Below are positions 42,501-58,600 of a DNA stretch of 64,000 bases, piece after piece. The DNA lies in assembly GCA_964035545.1 (NCBI GenBank), contig OZ037766.1, positions 18,377,081 to 18,441,080 of the forward strand, given 5' to 3'. The number at the start of each line of letters is the position of its first letter. The stretch's first letter is position 1. The position numbers were made by a program, and so were the translations under genes. The notes below the pieces were generated by a model. That model saw nothing but the letters and a program-made list of their open reading frames with translations. It searched no databases and was not told the DNA's origin. The stretch comes from Bugula neritina. Lineage: Eukaryota > Animalia > Bryozoa.

Positions 42501-43260
42501 TCGGTATGTTGCAGCATATTTCAATGTGTTGCAGCGTATTTCAATATGTTACAGTGCATTTCAGTATGTTGCAGTATGTTGCAGTATGCTGCAGTATGTT
42601 GCAGTGTATTTCTGTATGTTACAGTGTATTTCAGTATGTTGAAGTATATTCCAGTGTGTTGCAAAATATTTCAGTGGGTTATAGTATATTTCAGTATGAT
42701 ACAGCGTCTTTCAGTATGTTACAGTGTATTTCAGTATGTTGCAGTATTTTGCAATATGTTTCAGTATGTTACAGTGTATTTCAGTATGTTGCAGTATAAT
42801 TCAGTATGTTACAATAAATTTCAGTATGTTACAGTACATTTTCGTAAATTACACTATACTTCAGGGAGTTGTAGTATATTTCAGTATCTTGCAGTATATC
42901 TCAGTATGTTACAGTGCATTTTCAGATTTTTCACTATACTTCAGTGAGTTTTAGTGTCTTTCAGTATGTTGCAGTATTTTTCAGTATCTTGCAACTTATT
43001 TCAATGTGTTGCAATGTATTTCAATATGTTACAGTGTATTTCAGTATGTTGCAATATGTTGCAGTGTATTTCAGTATGTTACAGTGTATTTCAGTAGTTT
43101 TCAGTATCTTGCAGTATATTTCAGTATGTTGCAGTATATTTCAGTGGGTTACAGTATATTCCAGTATCTTCCAGTATGTTGCAGTATGTTGCAGTATGTT
43201 GCAGTGTATTTCTGTATGTTACAGTGTATTTCAGTATGTTGCAGTGTATTTCAGTATGTT
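36420..43260 (+). repeat. Dispersed paralogue of ~19100-28480 lacking the transposon (empty allele)
   Basis: Offsets 17324 (19183/36507, 22623/39947) and 14775 (25482/40257, 28139/42914). Confidence 0.9.
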
Positions 43261-46200
43261 ACAGTGTATTTCAGTATGTTGCAGTATGTTGCAGTATGCT
43301 GCAGTATGTTGCAGTGTATTTCTGTATGTTACAGTGTATTTCAGTATGTTGCAGTATATTTCAGTATGTTACAGTATATTTCAGTATGTTGCAGTATATT
43401 TCAGTGGGTTATAGTATATTTCAGTATGATACAGCGTCTTTCAGTATGTTACAGTGTATTTCAGTATGTTGCAGTATTTTGCAATATGTTTCAGTATGTT
43501 ACAGTGTATTTCAGTATGTTGCAGTATAATTCAGTATGTTACAATAAATTTCAGTATGTTACAGTACATTTTTGTAAATTACACTATACTTCGGTGAGTT
43601 GTAGTATATTTCAGTATCTTGCAGTATATCTCAGTATGTTACAGTATATTTCAGTATGTTACAGTATATTTCACTGTGTTACAATAAGTTTCAGCATTTT
43701 ACAGTGCATTTGCAGATATTACACTATACTTCAGTGAGTTTTAGTGTCTTTCAGTATGTTGCAGTATATTTCGGTATTTTGCAACATATTTCAATATGTT
43801 GCAATGTATTTCAATATGTTACAGTGTATTTCAGTATGTTGCAGTATATTTCAGGATGTTGCAGTATATTTCAGTATGTTACAGTGTTTTGCAGTATTTT
43901 GCAGTATATTTCAGTGTGTTACAGTATATTTCATTATGTTGCAGTATGTTGCAGTATATTTCAGTAGGTTACCATATATTTCGGTATGTTGCAGGATCTT
44001 TCAAAGTGTTGCAGTGTATTTCAATATGTTACAGTGTATTTCAGTATGTTGCAGTATGTTGCATTATGCTGCAGTGTATTTCTGTATGTTACAGTGTATT
44101 TCAGTATGTTGCAGTACATTTCAGTATGTTACAGTATATTTCAGTATGTTGCAGTATATTTCAGTGGGTTATAGCATATTTCAGTATGATACAGCGTATT
44201 TCAGTATGTTACAGTGTACTTCAGTATGTTGCAGTATTTTGCAATATATTTCAGTATGTTACAGTGTATTTCAGTATGTTGCAGTATATTTCAGTATGTT
44301 ACATTAAATTTCAGTATGTTACAGTACATTTCCGTAAGTTACACTATACTTCAGGTAGTTGTAGCATATTTCAGTATCTTGCAGTATATCTCAGAATGTT
44401 ACAGCATATTTCATTGTGTTGCAGTGTATTTCAATATGTTACAGTGTATTTCAGTATGTTGCAGTATGTTGCAGTATGCTGCAGTATGTTGCAGTGTATT
44501 TCTGTATGTTACAGTGTATTTCAGTATGTTGCAGTATATTTCAGTATGTTACAGTATATTTCAGTATGTTGCAGTATATTTCAGTGGGTTATAGTACATT
44601 TCCGTATGATACAGCGTCTTTCAGTATGTTACAGTGTATTTCAGTATGTTGCAGTATTTTGCAATATGTTTCAGTATGTTCCAGTGTATTTCAGTATGTT
44701 GCAGTATAATTCTCTATGTTACAATAAACTTCAGTATGTTACAGCACATTTTCGTAAATGACATTATACTTCAGTGAGTTGTAGTATATTTCAGTATCTT
44801 GCAGTATATCTCAGTATGTTACAGTATATTTCAGTATGTTACAGTATATTTCAGTGTGTAACAGTAAATTTCAATATGTTACAGTGCTTTTGCAGATATT
44901 ACACTAAACTTCACTGAGTTTTAGTGCCTTTCAGTATGTTACAGTGTATTTTGGTATGTTGCAGTATTTTGCAATATATATCAGTATGTTACAGTGTATT
45001 TCAGTATGTTGCAGTATATTTCAGTATGTTACATTAAATTTCAGTATTTTACAGTATATTTCCGTAAATTACACTATACTTCAGTGAGTTCTAGTATATT
45101 TCAGTATCTTGCAGTATATCTCAGTATGTTACAGTATATTTCAGTATGTTACAGTATATTTCAGTTTGTTACAGTAAATTTCAGTATGTTACAGTGCATT
45201 TGCAGATATTACACTATACTTCAGTGAGTTTTAGTGTCTTTCATTATGTTGCAGTATATTTCAGTATGTTGCAGTATTTTGCAATACATTTTATTATGTT
45301 ACAGTGTATTTCAGTATGTTGCAGTATTTTGCAATGCATTTCAGTATGTTACAGTGTATTTCAGTATGTTGCGGTATATTTCAGTATGTTACAATAAATT
45401 TCAGTGTGTTACAGTACATTTCTGCAAATTACACTATACTTCAGTGAGTTGTAGTATATTTCAGTATCTTGCAGTATATCTCAGTATGTTACAGTTGATT
45501 TCAGTATGTTCGAGTATATTTCAGCGTGTTTCAGTATATTTCAGGATGCCACAGTGCATTTTCAGATTTTTCACTATACTTCAGTGAGTTTTAGTGTCTT
45601 TCAGTATGTTGCAGTATATTTCGGTATCTTGCAACTTATTTCAATGTGTTGCAATGTAATTCAATATGTTACAGTGTATTTCAGTATGTTACAGTGTATT
45701 TCAGCATGTTGCAGTATATTTCATTATGTTGCAGTATGTTGCAGTATGTTTCAGTAGTTTGCAACATATTTCAGTAGGTTAGTATATATTTCGGTATGTT
45801 GCAGCATATTTCAATGTGTTGCAGTGTATTTCAATATGTTACAGTGTATTTCAGTATGTTGCAGTATGTTGTAGTATATTTCAGTATCTTGCAGTATATC
45901 TCAGTATGTTACAGTTTATTTCAGTATGTTCCAGTATATTTCAGCGTGTTTCAGTATATTTCAGTATGCCACAGTGCATTTTCAGATTTTTCACTATACT
46001 TCAGTGAGTTTTAGTGTCTTTCAGGATGTTGCAGTATATTTCGGTATCTTGCAACTTATTTCAATGTGTTGCATTGTATTTCAATATGTTACAGTGTATT
46101 TCAGTATGTTGCAGTATGTTGCAGTGTACTTCAGTATGTTACAGTGTATTTCAGTAGGTTTCAGTATCTTGCAGTATATTTCAGTATGTTGCAGTATTTT

Positions 46201-49200
46201 TCAGTGGGTTACAGTATATTCCAGCATGTTCCCGTATGTTGCAGTATATTTCAGTATGTTGCAGTGTATTTCAGTATGTTACAGTGTATTTCAGTAGTTT
46301 GCAACATATTTCAGTAGGTTACCATATATTTCCGTATGTTGCAGCATATTTCAATGTGTTGCAGTGTATTTCAATATGTTACAGTGTATTTCAGTATGTT
46401 GCAGTATGTTGCAGTGTATTTCTGTATGTTACAGTGTATTTCAGTATGTTGCAGTATATTTCAGTATGTTACAGTATGTTTCAGTATGTTGCAGTATATT
46501 TCCGTGGGTTATAGTATATTTCAGTATGATACAGCGTATTTCAGTATGTTAGAGTGTATTTCAGTATGTTGCAGTATAATTCAGTATGTTACAATAAATT
46601 TCAGTATGTTACAGTACATTTTCGTAAATTATACTATACTTCAGGGAGTTGTAGTATATTTCAGTATCTTGCAGTATATCTCAGTATGTTACAGTGCATT
46701 TTCAGATTTTTCACTATACTTCAGTGAGTTTTAGTGTCTTTCAGTATGTTGCAGTATTTTTCGGTATCTTGCAACTTATTTCAATGTGTTGCATGGTATT
46801 TCAATATGTTACAGTGTATTTCAGTATGTTGCAATATGTTGCAGTGTATTTCAGTATGTTACAGTGTATTTCAGTAGTTTTCAGTATCTTGCAGTATATT
46901 TCAGTATGTTGCAGTATATTTCAGTGGGTTACAGTATATTCCAGTATCTTCCAGTATGTTGCAGCATGTTGCAGTATGTTGCAGTGTATTTCTGTATGTT
47001 ACAGTGTATTTCAGTATGTTGCAGTGTATTTCAGTATGTTACAGTGTATTTCAGTATGTTGCAGTATTTTGCAATGCATTTCAGTATGTTACAGTGTATT
47101 TCAGTATGTTGCGGTATATTTCAGTATGTTACAATAAATTTCAGTATGTTACAGTACATTTCCGTAAATTACACTATACTTCAGTGAGTTGTAGTATATT
47201 TCAGTATTTTGCATTATATCTCAGTATGTTCCAGTATATTTCAGTATGTTACAGTATATTTCAGTATGTCACAGTGCATTTCCAGATATTACACTATACT
47301 TCAGTGAGTTTTAGTGTCTTTCAGTATGTTGCAGTATGTTGCAGCGTATTTCAGTATGTTACAGTGTATTTCAGTAGGTTTCAGTGTCTTGCAGTATATT
47401 TCAGCATGTTGCAGTATATTTCATTATGTTGCAGTATGTTGCAGTATGTTTCAGTAGTTTGCAACATATTTCAGTAGGTTAGTATATATTTCGGTATGTT
47501 GCAGCATATTTCAATGTGTTGCAGCGTATTTCAATATGTTACAGTGCATTTCAGTATGTTGCAGTATGTTGCAGTATGCTGCAGTATGTTGCAGTGTATT
47601 TCTGTATGTTACAGTGTATTTCATTATGTCGCAGTATATTTCAGTATGTTACAGTATATTTCAGTATGTTGCAGTATATTTCAGTGGGTTATAGTATATT
47701 TCAGTATGATACAGCGTCTTTCAGTATGTTACAGTGTATTTCAGTATGTTGCAGTATTTTGCAATATGTTTCAGTATGTTACAGTGTATTTCAGTATGTT
47801 GCAGTATAATTCAGTATGTTACAATAAATTTCAGTATGTTACAGTACATTTTTGTAAATTACACTATACTTCAGTGAGTTGTAGTATATTTCAGTATCTT
47901 GCAGTATATCTCAGTATGTTACAGTATATTTCAGTATGGTACAGTATATTTCACTGTGTTACAGTAAATTTCAATATGTTACAGTGCATTTGCAGATATT
48001 GCACTATACTTCAGTGAGTTTTAGTGCCTTTCAGTATGTTACAGTGTATTTCAGTATGTTGCAGTATTTTGCAAAATATATCAGTATGTTACAGTGTATT
48101 TCAGTATGTTGCAGTATATTTCAGTATGTTACAATAAATTTCAGCATGTTACAGTATATTTCCGTGAATTACACTATACTTCAGTGAGCTGTAGTATATT
48201 TCAGTATCTTGCAGTATATCTCAGTATGTTACAGTATATTTCAGTATGTTACAGTATATTTCAGTTTGTTACAGTAAATTTCAGTATGTTACAGTGCATT
48301 TGCAGATATTACACTATACTTCAGTGAGTTTTAGTGTCTTTCAGTATGTTGCAGTATATTTCGGTATTTTGCAACATATTTCAATATGTTGCAATGTATT
48401 TCAATATGTTACAGTGTATTTCAGTATGTTGCAGTATGTTGCAATGTATTTCAGAATGTTACAGTGTATTTCAGTAGGTTTGAGTATCTTGCAGTATATT
48501 TCAGCATGTTGCAGTATATTTCAGGATGTTGCAGTATATTTCAGTATGTTACGGTGTTTTGCAGTATTTTGCAGTATATTTCAGTGTGTTACAGTATATT
48601 TCATTATGTTGCAGTATGTTGCAGTATATTTCAGTATGTTACAGTACATTTCCGTAAATTAGACTATACTTCAGTGAGTTGTAGTATATTTCAGTATCTT
48701 CAGTATATCTCAGTATGTTACAGTATATTTCAGCGTGTTTCAGTATATTTCAGTATGACACAGTGCATTTCCAGATATTACGCTATACTTCAGTGAGTTT
48801 TAGTGTCTTTCAGTATGTTGCAGTATTTTGCAATATGTTTCAGTATGTTACAGTGTATTTCAGTATGTTGCAGTATATTTCGGTATTTTGCAACATATTT
48901 CAATATGTTGCAATGTATTTCAATATGTTACAGTGTATTTCAGTATGTTGCAGTATATTTCAGGATGTTGCAGTATATTTCAGTATGTTACATTTTTTTG
49001 CCGTATTTTGCAGTATATTTCAGTGTGTTACAGTATATTTCATTATGTTGCAGTATGTTGCAGTATATTTCAGTGGGTTATAGCATATTTCAGTATGATA
49101 CAGCGTATTTCAGTATGTTACAGTGTACTTCAGTATGTTGCAGTATTTTGCAATATATTTCAGTATGTTACAGTGTATTTCAGTATGTTGCAGTATATTT

Positions 49201-49620
49201 CAGTATGTTACATTAAATTTCAGTATGTTAAAGTACATTTCCGTAAGTTACACTATACTTCAGGTAGTTGTAGCATATTTCAGTATCTTGCAGTATATCT
49301 CAGTATGTTACAGCATATTTCATTGTGTTGCAGTGTATTTCAATATGTTACAGTGTATTTCAGTATGTTGCAGTATGTTGCAGTATGCTGCAGTATGTTG
49401 CAGTGTATTTCTGTATGTTACAGTGTATTTCAGTATGTTGCAGTATATTTCAGTATGTTACAGTATATTTCAGTATGTTGCAGTATATTTCAGTATGTTA
49501 CATTAAATTTCAGTATGTTACAGTATATTTCCGTAAATTACACTATACTTCAGTGAGTTGTAGTATATTTCAGTATCTTGCAGTATATCTCAGTATGTTA
49601 CAGTATATTTCAGTATGTTA

Positions 49621-52600
49621 CAGTATATTTCAGTTTGTTACAGTAAATTTCAGTATGTTACAGTGCATTTGCAGATATTACACTATACTTCAGTGAGTTT
49701 TAGTGTCTTTCATTATGTTGCAGTATATTTCAGTATGTTGCAGTATTTTGCAATACATTTTATTATGTTACAGTGTATTTCAGTATGTTGCAGTATATTT
49801 CAGTTTGATACAATAAATTTCAGTATGTTACAGTACATTTCCGTAAATTAGACTATACTTCAGTGAGTTGTAGTATATTTCAGTATCTTCAGTATATCTC
49901 AGTATGTTACAGTATATTTCAGCGTGTTTCAGTATATTTCAGTATGACACAGTGCATTTCCAGATATTACGCTATACTTCAGTGAGTTTTAGTGTCTTTC
50001 AGTATGTTGCAGTATATTTCGGTATTTTGCAACATATTTCAATATGTTGCAATGTATTTCAATATGTTACAGTGTATTTCAGTATCTTACAGTACATTTC
50101 CGTAAATTACACTACACTTCAGTGAGTTGTAGTATATTTCAGTATCTTGCAGTATATCTCAGTATGTTACAGTATATTTCAGTATGTTACAGTATATTTC
50201 AGTGTGTTACAGTAAATTTCAGTATGTTACAGTGCATTTGCAGATATTACACTATACTTTAGTGAGTTTTAGTGTCTTTCAGTATCTTGCAGTATATTTC
50301 AGTATGTTGCAATATTTTGCAATATATTTTAGTATGTTACAGTGTATTTCAGTACCTTGCAGTATATTTCAGTATGATACAATAAATTTCAGTGTGTTAC
50401 AGTACATTTCTGCAAATTACACTATACTTCAGTGAGTTGTAGTATACTTCAGTATCTTACAGTATATCTCAGTATGTTACAGTTGATTTCAGTATGTTCC
50501 AGTATATTTCAGCGTGTTTCAGTATATTTCAGGATGCCACAGTGCATTTTCAGATTTTTCACTATACTTCAGTGAGTTTTAGTGTCTTTCAGTATGTTGC
50601 AGTATATTTCGGTATCTTGCAACTTATTTCAATGTGTTGCAATGTAATTCAATATGTTACAGTGTATTTCAGTATGTTACAGTGTATTTCAGCATGTTGC
50701 AGTATATTTCATTATGTTGCAGTATGTTGCAGTATGTTTCAGTAGTTTGCAACATATTTCAGTAGGTTAGTATATATTTCGGTATGTTGCAGCATATTTC
50801 AATGTGTTGCAGTGTATTTCAATATGTTACAGTGTATTTCAGTATGTTGCAGTATGTTGTAGTATATTTCAGTATCTTGCAGTATATCTCAGTATGTTAC
50901 AGTTTATTTCAGTATGTTCCAGTATATTTCAGCGTGTTTCAGTATATTTCAGTATGCCACAGTGCATTTTCAGATTTTTCACTATACTTCAGTGAGTTTT
51001 AGTGTCTTTCAGGATGTTGCAGTATATTTCGGTATCTTGCAACTTATTTCAATGTGTTGCATTGTATTTCAATATCTTACAGTGTATTTCAGTATGTTGC
51101 AGTATGTTGCAGTGTACTTCAGTATGTTACAGTGTATTTCAGTAGGTTTCAGTATCTTGCAGTATATTTCAGTATGTTGCAGTATTTTTCAGTGGGTTAC
51201 AGTATATTCCAGCATGTTCCAGTATGTTGCAGTATATTTCAGTATGTTGCAGTGTATTTCAGTATGTTACAGTGTATTTCAGTAGTTTGCAACATATTTC
51301 AGTAGGTTACCATATATTCCGTATGTTGCAGCATATTTCAATGTGTTGCAGTGTATTTCAATATGTTACAGTGTATTTCAGTATGTTGCAGTATGCTGCA
51401 GTGTATTTCTGTATGTTACAGTGTATTTCAGTATGTTGCAGTATATTTCAGTATGTTACAGTATGTTTCAGTATGTTGCAGTATATTTCCGTGGGTTATA
51501 GTATATTTCAGTATGATACAGCGTATTTCAGTATGTTACAGTGTATTTCAGTATGTTGCAGTATTTTGCAATGCATTTCAGTATGTTACAGTGTATTTCA
51601 GTATGTTGCAGTATATTTCAGTATGTTACAATAAATTTCAGTATGTTACAGTACTTTTCTGTAAATTACACTATACTTCAGTGAGTTGTAGTATATTTCA
51701 GTATCTTGCAGTATATCTCAGTATGTTACAGTATATTTCAGTATGTTACAGTATATTTCAGTGTGTTACAGTATGTTGCAGTATATTTCAGCAGTTTCCA
51801 ACATATTTCAGTAGGTTACCATATATTTCGGTATGTTGCAGCACATTTCAATGTGTTGCAGAGTGTTTCAATACGTTACAGTGTATTTCAGTATGTTGAA
51901 GTATATTCCAGTGTGTTGCAAGATATTTCAGTGGGTTATAGTATATTTCAGTATGATACAGCGTCTTTCAGTATGTTACAGTGTATTTCAGTATGTTGCA
52001 GTATTTTGCAATATGTTTCAGTATGTTACAGTGTATTTCAGTATGTTGCAGTATAATTCAGTATGTTACAATAAATTTCAGTATGTTACAGTACATTTTC
52101 GTAAATTACACTATACTTCAGGGAGTTGTAGTATATTTCAGTATCTTGCAGTATATCTCAGTATGTTACAGTGCATTTTCAGATTTTTCACTATACTTCA
52201 GTGAGTTTTAGTGTCTTTCAGTATGTCGCAGTATTTTTCGGTATCTTGCAACTTATTTCAATGTGTTGCAATGTATTTCAATATGTTACAGTGTATTTCA
52301 GTATGTTGCAATATGTTGCAGTGTATTTCAGTATGTTACAGTGTATTTCAGTAGTTTTCAGTATCTTGCAGTATATTTCAGTATGTTGCAGTATATTTCA
52401 GTGGGTTACAGTATATTCCAGTATCTTCCAGTATGTTGCAGTATGTTGCAGTATGTTGCAGTGTATTTCTGTATGTTACAGTGTATTTCAGTATGTTGCA
52501 GTGTATTTCAGGATGTTACAGTGTATTTCAGTATGTTGCAGTATTTTGCAATGCATTTCAGTATGTTACAGTGTATTTCAGTATGTTGCGGTATATTTCA

Positions 52601-55600
52601 GTATGTTACAATAAATTTCAGTGTGTTCCAGTACATTTCTGCAAATTACACTATACTTCAGTGAGTTGTAGTATATTTCAGTATCTTGCAGTATATCTCA
52701 GTATGTTACAGTTGATTTCAGTATGTTCCAGTATATTTCAGTTTGTTACAGTAAATTTCAGTATGTTACAGTGCATTTGCAGATATTACACTATACTTCA
52801 GTGAGTTTTAGTGTCTTTCATTATGTTGCAGTATATTTCAGTATGTTGCAGTATTTTGCAATACATTTTATTATGTTACAGTGTATTTCAGTATGTTGCA
52901 GTATATTTCAGTTTGATACAATAAATTTCAGTATGTTACAGTACATTTCCGTAAATTAGACTATACTTCAGTGAGTTGTAGTATATTTCAGTATCTTCAG
53001 TATATCTCAGTATGTTACAGTATATTTCAGCGTGTTTCAGTATATTTCAGTATGACACAGTGCATTTCCAGATATTACGCTATACTTCAGTGAGTTTTAG
53101 TGTCTTTCAGTATGTTGCAGTATATTTCGGTATTTTGCAACATATTTCAATATGTTGCAATGTATTTCAATATGTTACAGTGTATTTCAGTATCTTACAG
53201 TACATTTCCGTAAATTACACTACACTTCAGTGAGTTGTAGTATATTTCAGTATCTTGCAGTATATCTCAGTATGTTACAGTATATTTCAGTATGTTACAG
53301 TATATTTCAGTGTGTTACAGTAAATTTCAGTATGTTACAGTGCATTTACAGATATTACACTATACTTTAGTGAGTTTTAGTGTCTTTCAGTATCTTGCAG
53401 TATATTTCAGTATGTTGCAATATTTTGCAATATATTTTAGTATGTTACAGTGTATTTCAGTACCTTGCAGTATATTTCAGTATGATACAATAAATTTCAG
53501 TGTGTTACAGTACATTTCTGCAAATTACACTATACTTCAGTGAGTTGTAGTATATTTCAGTATCTTACAGTATATCTCAGTATGTTACAGTTGATTTCAG
53601 TATGTTCCAGTATATTTCAGCGTGTTTCAGTATATTTCAGGATGCCACAGTGCATTTTCAGATTTTTCACTATACTTCAGTGAGTTTTAGTGTCTTTCAG
53701 TATGTTGCAGTATATTTCGGTATCTTGCAACTTATTTCAATGTGTTGCAATGTAATTCAATATGTTACAGTGTATTTCAGTATGTTACAGTGTATTTCAG
53801 CATGTTGCAGTATATTTCATTATGTTGCAGTATGTTGCAGTATGTTTCAGTAGTTTGCAACATATTTCAGTAGGTTAGTATATATTTCGGTATGTTGCAG
53901 CATATTTCAATGTGTTGCAGTGTATTTCAATATGTTACAGTGTATTTCAGTATGTTGCAGTATGTTGTAGTATATTTCAGTATCTTGCAGTATATCTCAG
54001 TATGTTACAGTTTATTTCAGTATGTTCCAGTATATTTCAGCGTGTTTCAGTATATTTCAGTATGCCACAGTGCATTTTCAGATTTTTCACTATACTTCAG
54101 TGAGTTTTAGTGTCTTTCAGGATGTTGCAGTATATTTCGGTATCTTGCAACTTATTTCAATGTGTTGCATTGTATTTCAATATCTTACAGTGTATTTCAG
54201 TATGTTGCAGTATGTTGCAGTGTACTTCAGTATGTTACAGTGTATTTCAGTAGGTTTCAGTATCTTGCAGTATATTTCAGTATGTTGCAGTATTTTTCAG
54301 TGGGTTACAGTATATTCCAGCATGTTCCAGTATGTTGCAGTATATTTCAGTATGTTGCAGTGTATTTCAGTATGTTACAGTGTATTTCAGTAGTTTGCAA
54401 CATATTTCAGTAGGTTACCATATATTCCGTATGTTGCAGCATATTTCAATGTGTTGCAGTGTATTTCAATATGTTACAGTGTATTTCAGTATGTTGCAGT
54501 ATGCTGCAGTGTATTTCTGTATGTTACAGTGTATTTCAGTATGTTGCAGTATATTTCAGTATGTTACAGTATGTTTCAGTATGTTGCAGTATATTTCCGT
54601 GGGTTATAGTATATTTCAGTATGATACAGCGTATTTCAGTATGTTACAGTGTATTTCAGTATGTTGCAGTATTTTGCAATGCATTTCAGTATGTTACAGT
54701 GTATTTCAGTATGTTGCAGTATATTTCAGTATGTTACAATAAATTTCAGTATGTTACAGTACTTTTCTGTAAATTACACTATACTTCAGTGAGTTGTAGT
54801 ATATTTCAGTATCTTGCAGTATATCTCAGTATGTTACAGTATATTTCAGTATGTTACAGTATATTTCAGTGTGTTACAGTATGTTGCAGTATATTTCAGC
54901 AGTTTCCAACATATTTCAGTAGGTTACCATATATTTCGGTATGTTGCAGCACATTTCAATGTGTTGCAGAGTGTTTCAATACGTTACAGTGTATTTCAGT
55001 ATGTTGAAGTATATTCCAGTGTGTTGCAAGATATTTCAGTGGGTTATAGTATATTTCAGTATGATACAGCGTCTTTCAGTATGTTACAGTGTATTTCAGT
55101 ATGTTGCAGTATTTTGCAATATGTTTCAGTATGTTACAGTGTATTTCAGTATGTTGCAGTATAATTCAGTATGTTACAATAAATTTCAGTATGTTACAGT
55201 ACATTTTCGTAAATTACACTATACTTCAGGGAGTTGTAGTATATTTCAGTATCTTGCAGTATATCTCAGTATGTTACAGTGCATTTTCAGATTTTTCACT
55301 ATACTTCAGTGAGTTTTAGTGTCTTTCAGTATGTCGCAGTATTTTTCGGTATCTTGCAACTTATTTCAATGTGTTGCAATGTATTTCAATATGTTACAGT
55401 GTATTTCAGTATGTTGCAATATGTTGCAGTGTATTTCAGTATGTTACAGTGTATTTCAGTAGTTTTCAGTATCTTGCAGTATATTTCAGTATGTTGCAGT
55501 ATATTTCAGTGGGTTACAGTATATTCCAGTATCTTCCAGTATGTTGCAGTATGTTGCAGTATGTTGCAGTGTATTTCTGTATGTTACAGTGTATTTCAGT

Positions 55601-58600
55601 ATGTTGCAGTGTATTTCAGGATGTTACAGTGTATTTCAGTATGTTGCAGTATTTTGCAATGCATTTCAGTATGTTACAGTGTATTTCAGTATGTTGCGGT
55701 ATATTTCAGTATGTTACAATAAATTTCAGTGTGTTCCAGTACATTTCTGCAAATTACACTATACTTCAGTGAGTTGTAGTATATTTCAGTATCTTGCAGT
55801 ATATCTCAGTATGTTACAGTTGATTTCAGTATGTTCCAGTATATTTCAGTTTGTTACAGTAAATTTCAGTATGTTACAGTGCATTTGCAGATATTACACT
55901 ATACTTCAGTGAGTTTTAGTGTCTTTCATTATGTTGCAGTATATTTCAGTATGTTGCAGTATTTTGCAATACATTTTATTATGTTACAGTGTATTTCAGT
56001 ATGTTGCAGTATATTTCAGTTTGATACAATAAATTTCAGTATGTTACAGTACATTTCCGTAAATTAGACTATACTTCAGTGAGTTGTAGTATATTTCAGT
56101 ATCTTCAGTATATCTCAGTATGTTACAGTATATTTCAGCGTGTTTCAGTATATTTCAGTATGACACAGTGCATTTCCAGATATTACGCTATACTTCAGTG
56201 AGTTTTAGTGTCTTTCAGTATGTTGCAGTATATTTCGGTATTTTGCAACATATTTCAATATGTTGCAATGTATTTCAATATGTTACAGTGTATTTCAGTA
56301 TCTTACAGTACATTTCCGTAAATTACACTACACTTCAGTGAGTTGTAGTATATTTCAGTATCTTGCAGTATATCTCAGTATGTTACAGTATATTTCAGTA
56401 TGTTACAGTATATTTCAGTGTGTTACAGTAAATTTCAGTATGTTACAGTGCATTTACAGATATTACACTATACTTTAGTGAGTTTTAGTGTCTTTCAGTA
56501 TCTTGCAGTATATTTCAGTATGTTGCAATATTTTGCAATATATTTTAGTATGTTACAGTGTATTTCAGTACCTTGCAGTATATTTCAGTATGATACAATA
56601 AATTTCAGTGTGTTACAGTACATTTCTGCAAATTACACTATACTTCAGTGAGTTGTAGTATATTTCAGTATCTTACAGTATATCTCAGTATGTTACAGTT
56701 GATTTCAGTATGTTCCAGTATATTTCAGCGTGTTTCAGTATATTTCAGGATGCCACAGTGCATTTTCAGATTTTTCACTATACTTCAGTGAGTTTTAGTG
56801 TCTTTCAGTATGTTGCAGTATATTTCGGTATCTTGCAACTTATTTCAATGTGTTGCAATGTAATTCAATATGTTACAGTGTATTTCAGTATGTTACAGTG
56901 TATTTCAGCATGTTGCAGTATATTTCATTATGTTGCAGTATGTTGCAGTATGTTTCAGTAGTTTGCAACATATTTCAGTAGGTTAGTATATATTTCGGTA
57001 TGTTGCAGCATATTTCAATGTGTTGCAGTGTATTTCAATATGTTACAGTGTATTTCAGTATGTTGCAGTATGTTGTAGTATATTTCAGTATCTTGCAGTA
57101 TATCTCAGTATGTTACAGTTTATTTCAGTATGTTCCAGTATATTTCAGCGTGTTTCAGTATATTTCAGTATGCCACAGTGCATTTTCAGATTTTTCACTA
57201 TACTTCAGTGAGTTTTAGTGTCTTTCAGGATGTTGCAGTATATTTCGGTATCTTGCAACTTATTTCAATGTGTTGCATTGTATTTCAATATCTTACAGTG
57301 TATTTCAGTATGTTGCAGTATGTTGCAGTGTACTTCAGTATGTTACAGTGTATTTCAGTAGGTTTCAGTATCTTGCAGTATATTTCAGTATGTTGCAGTA
57401 TTTTTCAGTGGGTTACAGTATATTCCAGCATGTTCCAGTATGTTGCAGTATATTTCAGTATGTTGCAGTGTATTTCAGTATGTTACAGTGTATTTCAGTA
57501 GTTTGCAACATATTTCAGTAGGTTACCATATATTCCGTATGTTGCAGCATATTTCAATGTGTTGCAGTGTATTTCAATATGTTACAGTGTATTTCAGTAT
57601 GTTGCAGTATGCTGCAGTGTATTTCTGTATGTTACAGTGTATTTCAGTATGTTGCAGTATATTTCAGTATGTTACAGTATGTTTCAGTATGTTGCAGTAT
57701 ATTTCCGTGGGTTATAGTATATTTCAGTATGATACAGCGTATTTCAGTATGTTACAGTGTATTTCAGTATGTTGCAGTATTTTGCAATGCATTTCAGTAT
57801 GTTACAGTGTATTTCAGTATGTTGCAGTATATTTCAGTATGTTACAATAAATTTCAGTATGTTACAGTACTTTTCTGTAAATTACACTATACTTCAGTGA
57901 GTTGTAGTATATTTCAGTATCTTGCAGTATATCTCAGTATGTTACAGTATATTTCAGTATGTTACAGTATATTTCAGTGTGTTACAGTATGTTGCAGTAT
58001 ATTTCAGCAGTTTCCAACATATTTCAGTAGGTTACCATATATTTCGGTATGTTGCAGCACATTTCAATGTGTTGCAGAGTGTTTCAATACGTTACAGTGT
58101 ATTTCAGTATGTTGAAGTATATTCCAGTGTGTTGCAAGATATTTCAGTGGGTTATAGTATATTTCAGTATGATACAGCGTCTTTCAGTATGTTACAGTGT
58201 ATTTCAGTATGTTGCAGTATTTTGCAATATGTTTCAGTATGTTACAGTGTATTTCAGTATGTTGCAGTATAATTCAGTATGTTACAATAAATTTCAGTAT
58301 GTTACAGTACATTTTCGTAAATTACACTATACTTCAGGGAGTTGTAGTATATTTCAGTATCTTGCAGTATATCTCAGTATGTTACAGTGCATTTTCAGAT
58401 TTTTCACTATACTTCAGTGAGTTTTAGTGTCTTTCAGTATGTCGCAGTATTTTTCGGTATCTTGCAACTTATTTCAATGTGTTGCAATGTATTTCAATAT
58501 GTTACAGTGTATTTCAGTATGTTGCAATATGTTGCAGTGTATTTCAGTATGTTACAGTGTATTTCAGTAGTTTTCAGTATCTTGCAGTATATTTCAGTAT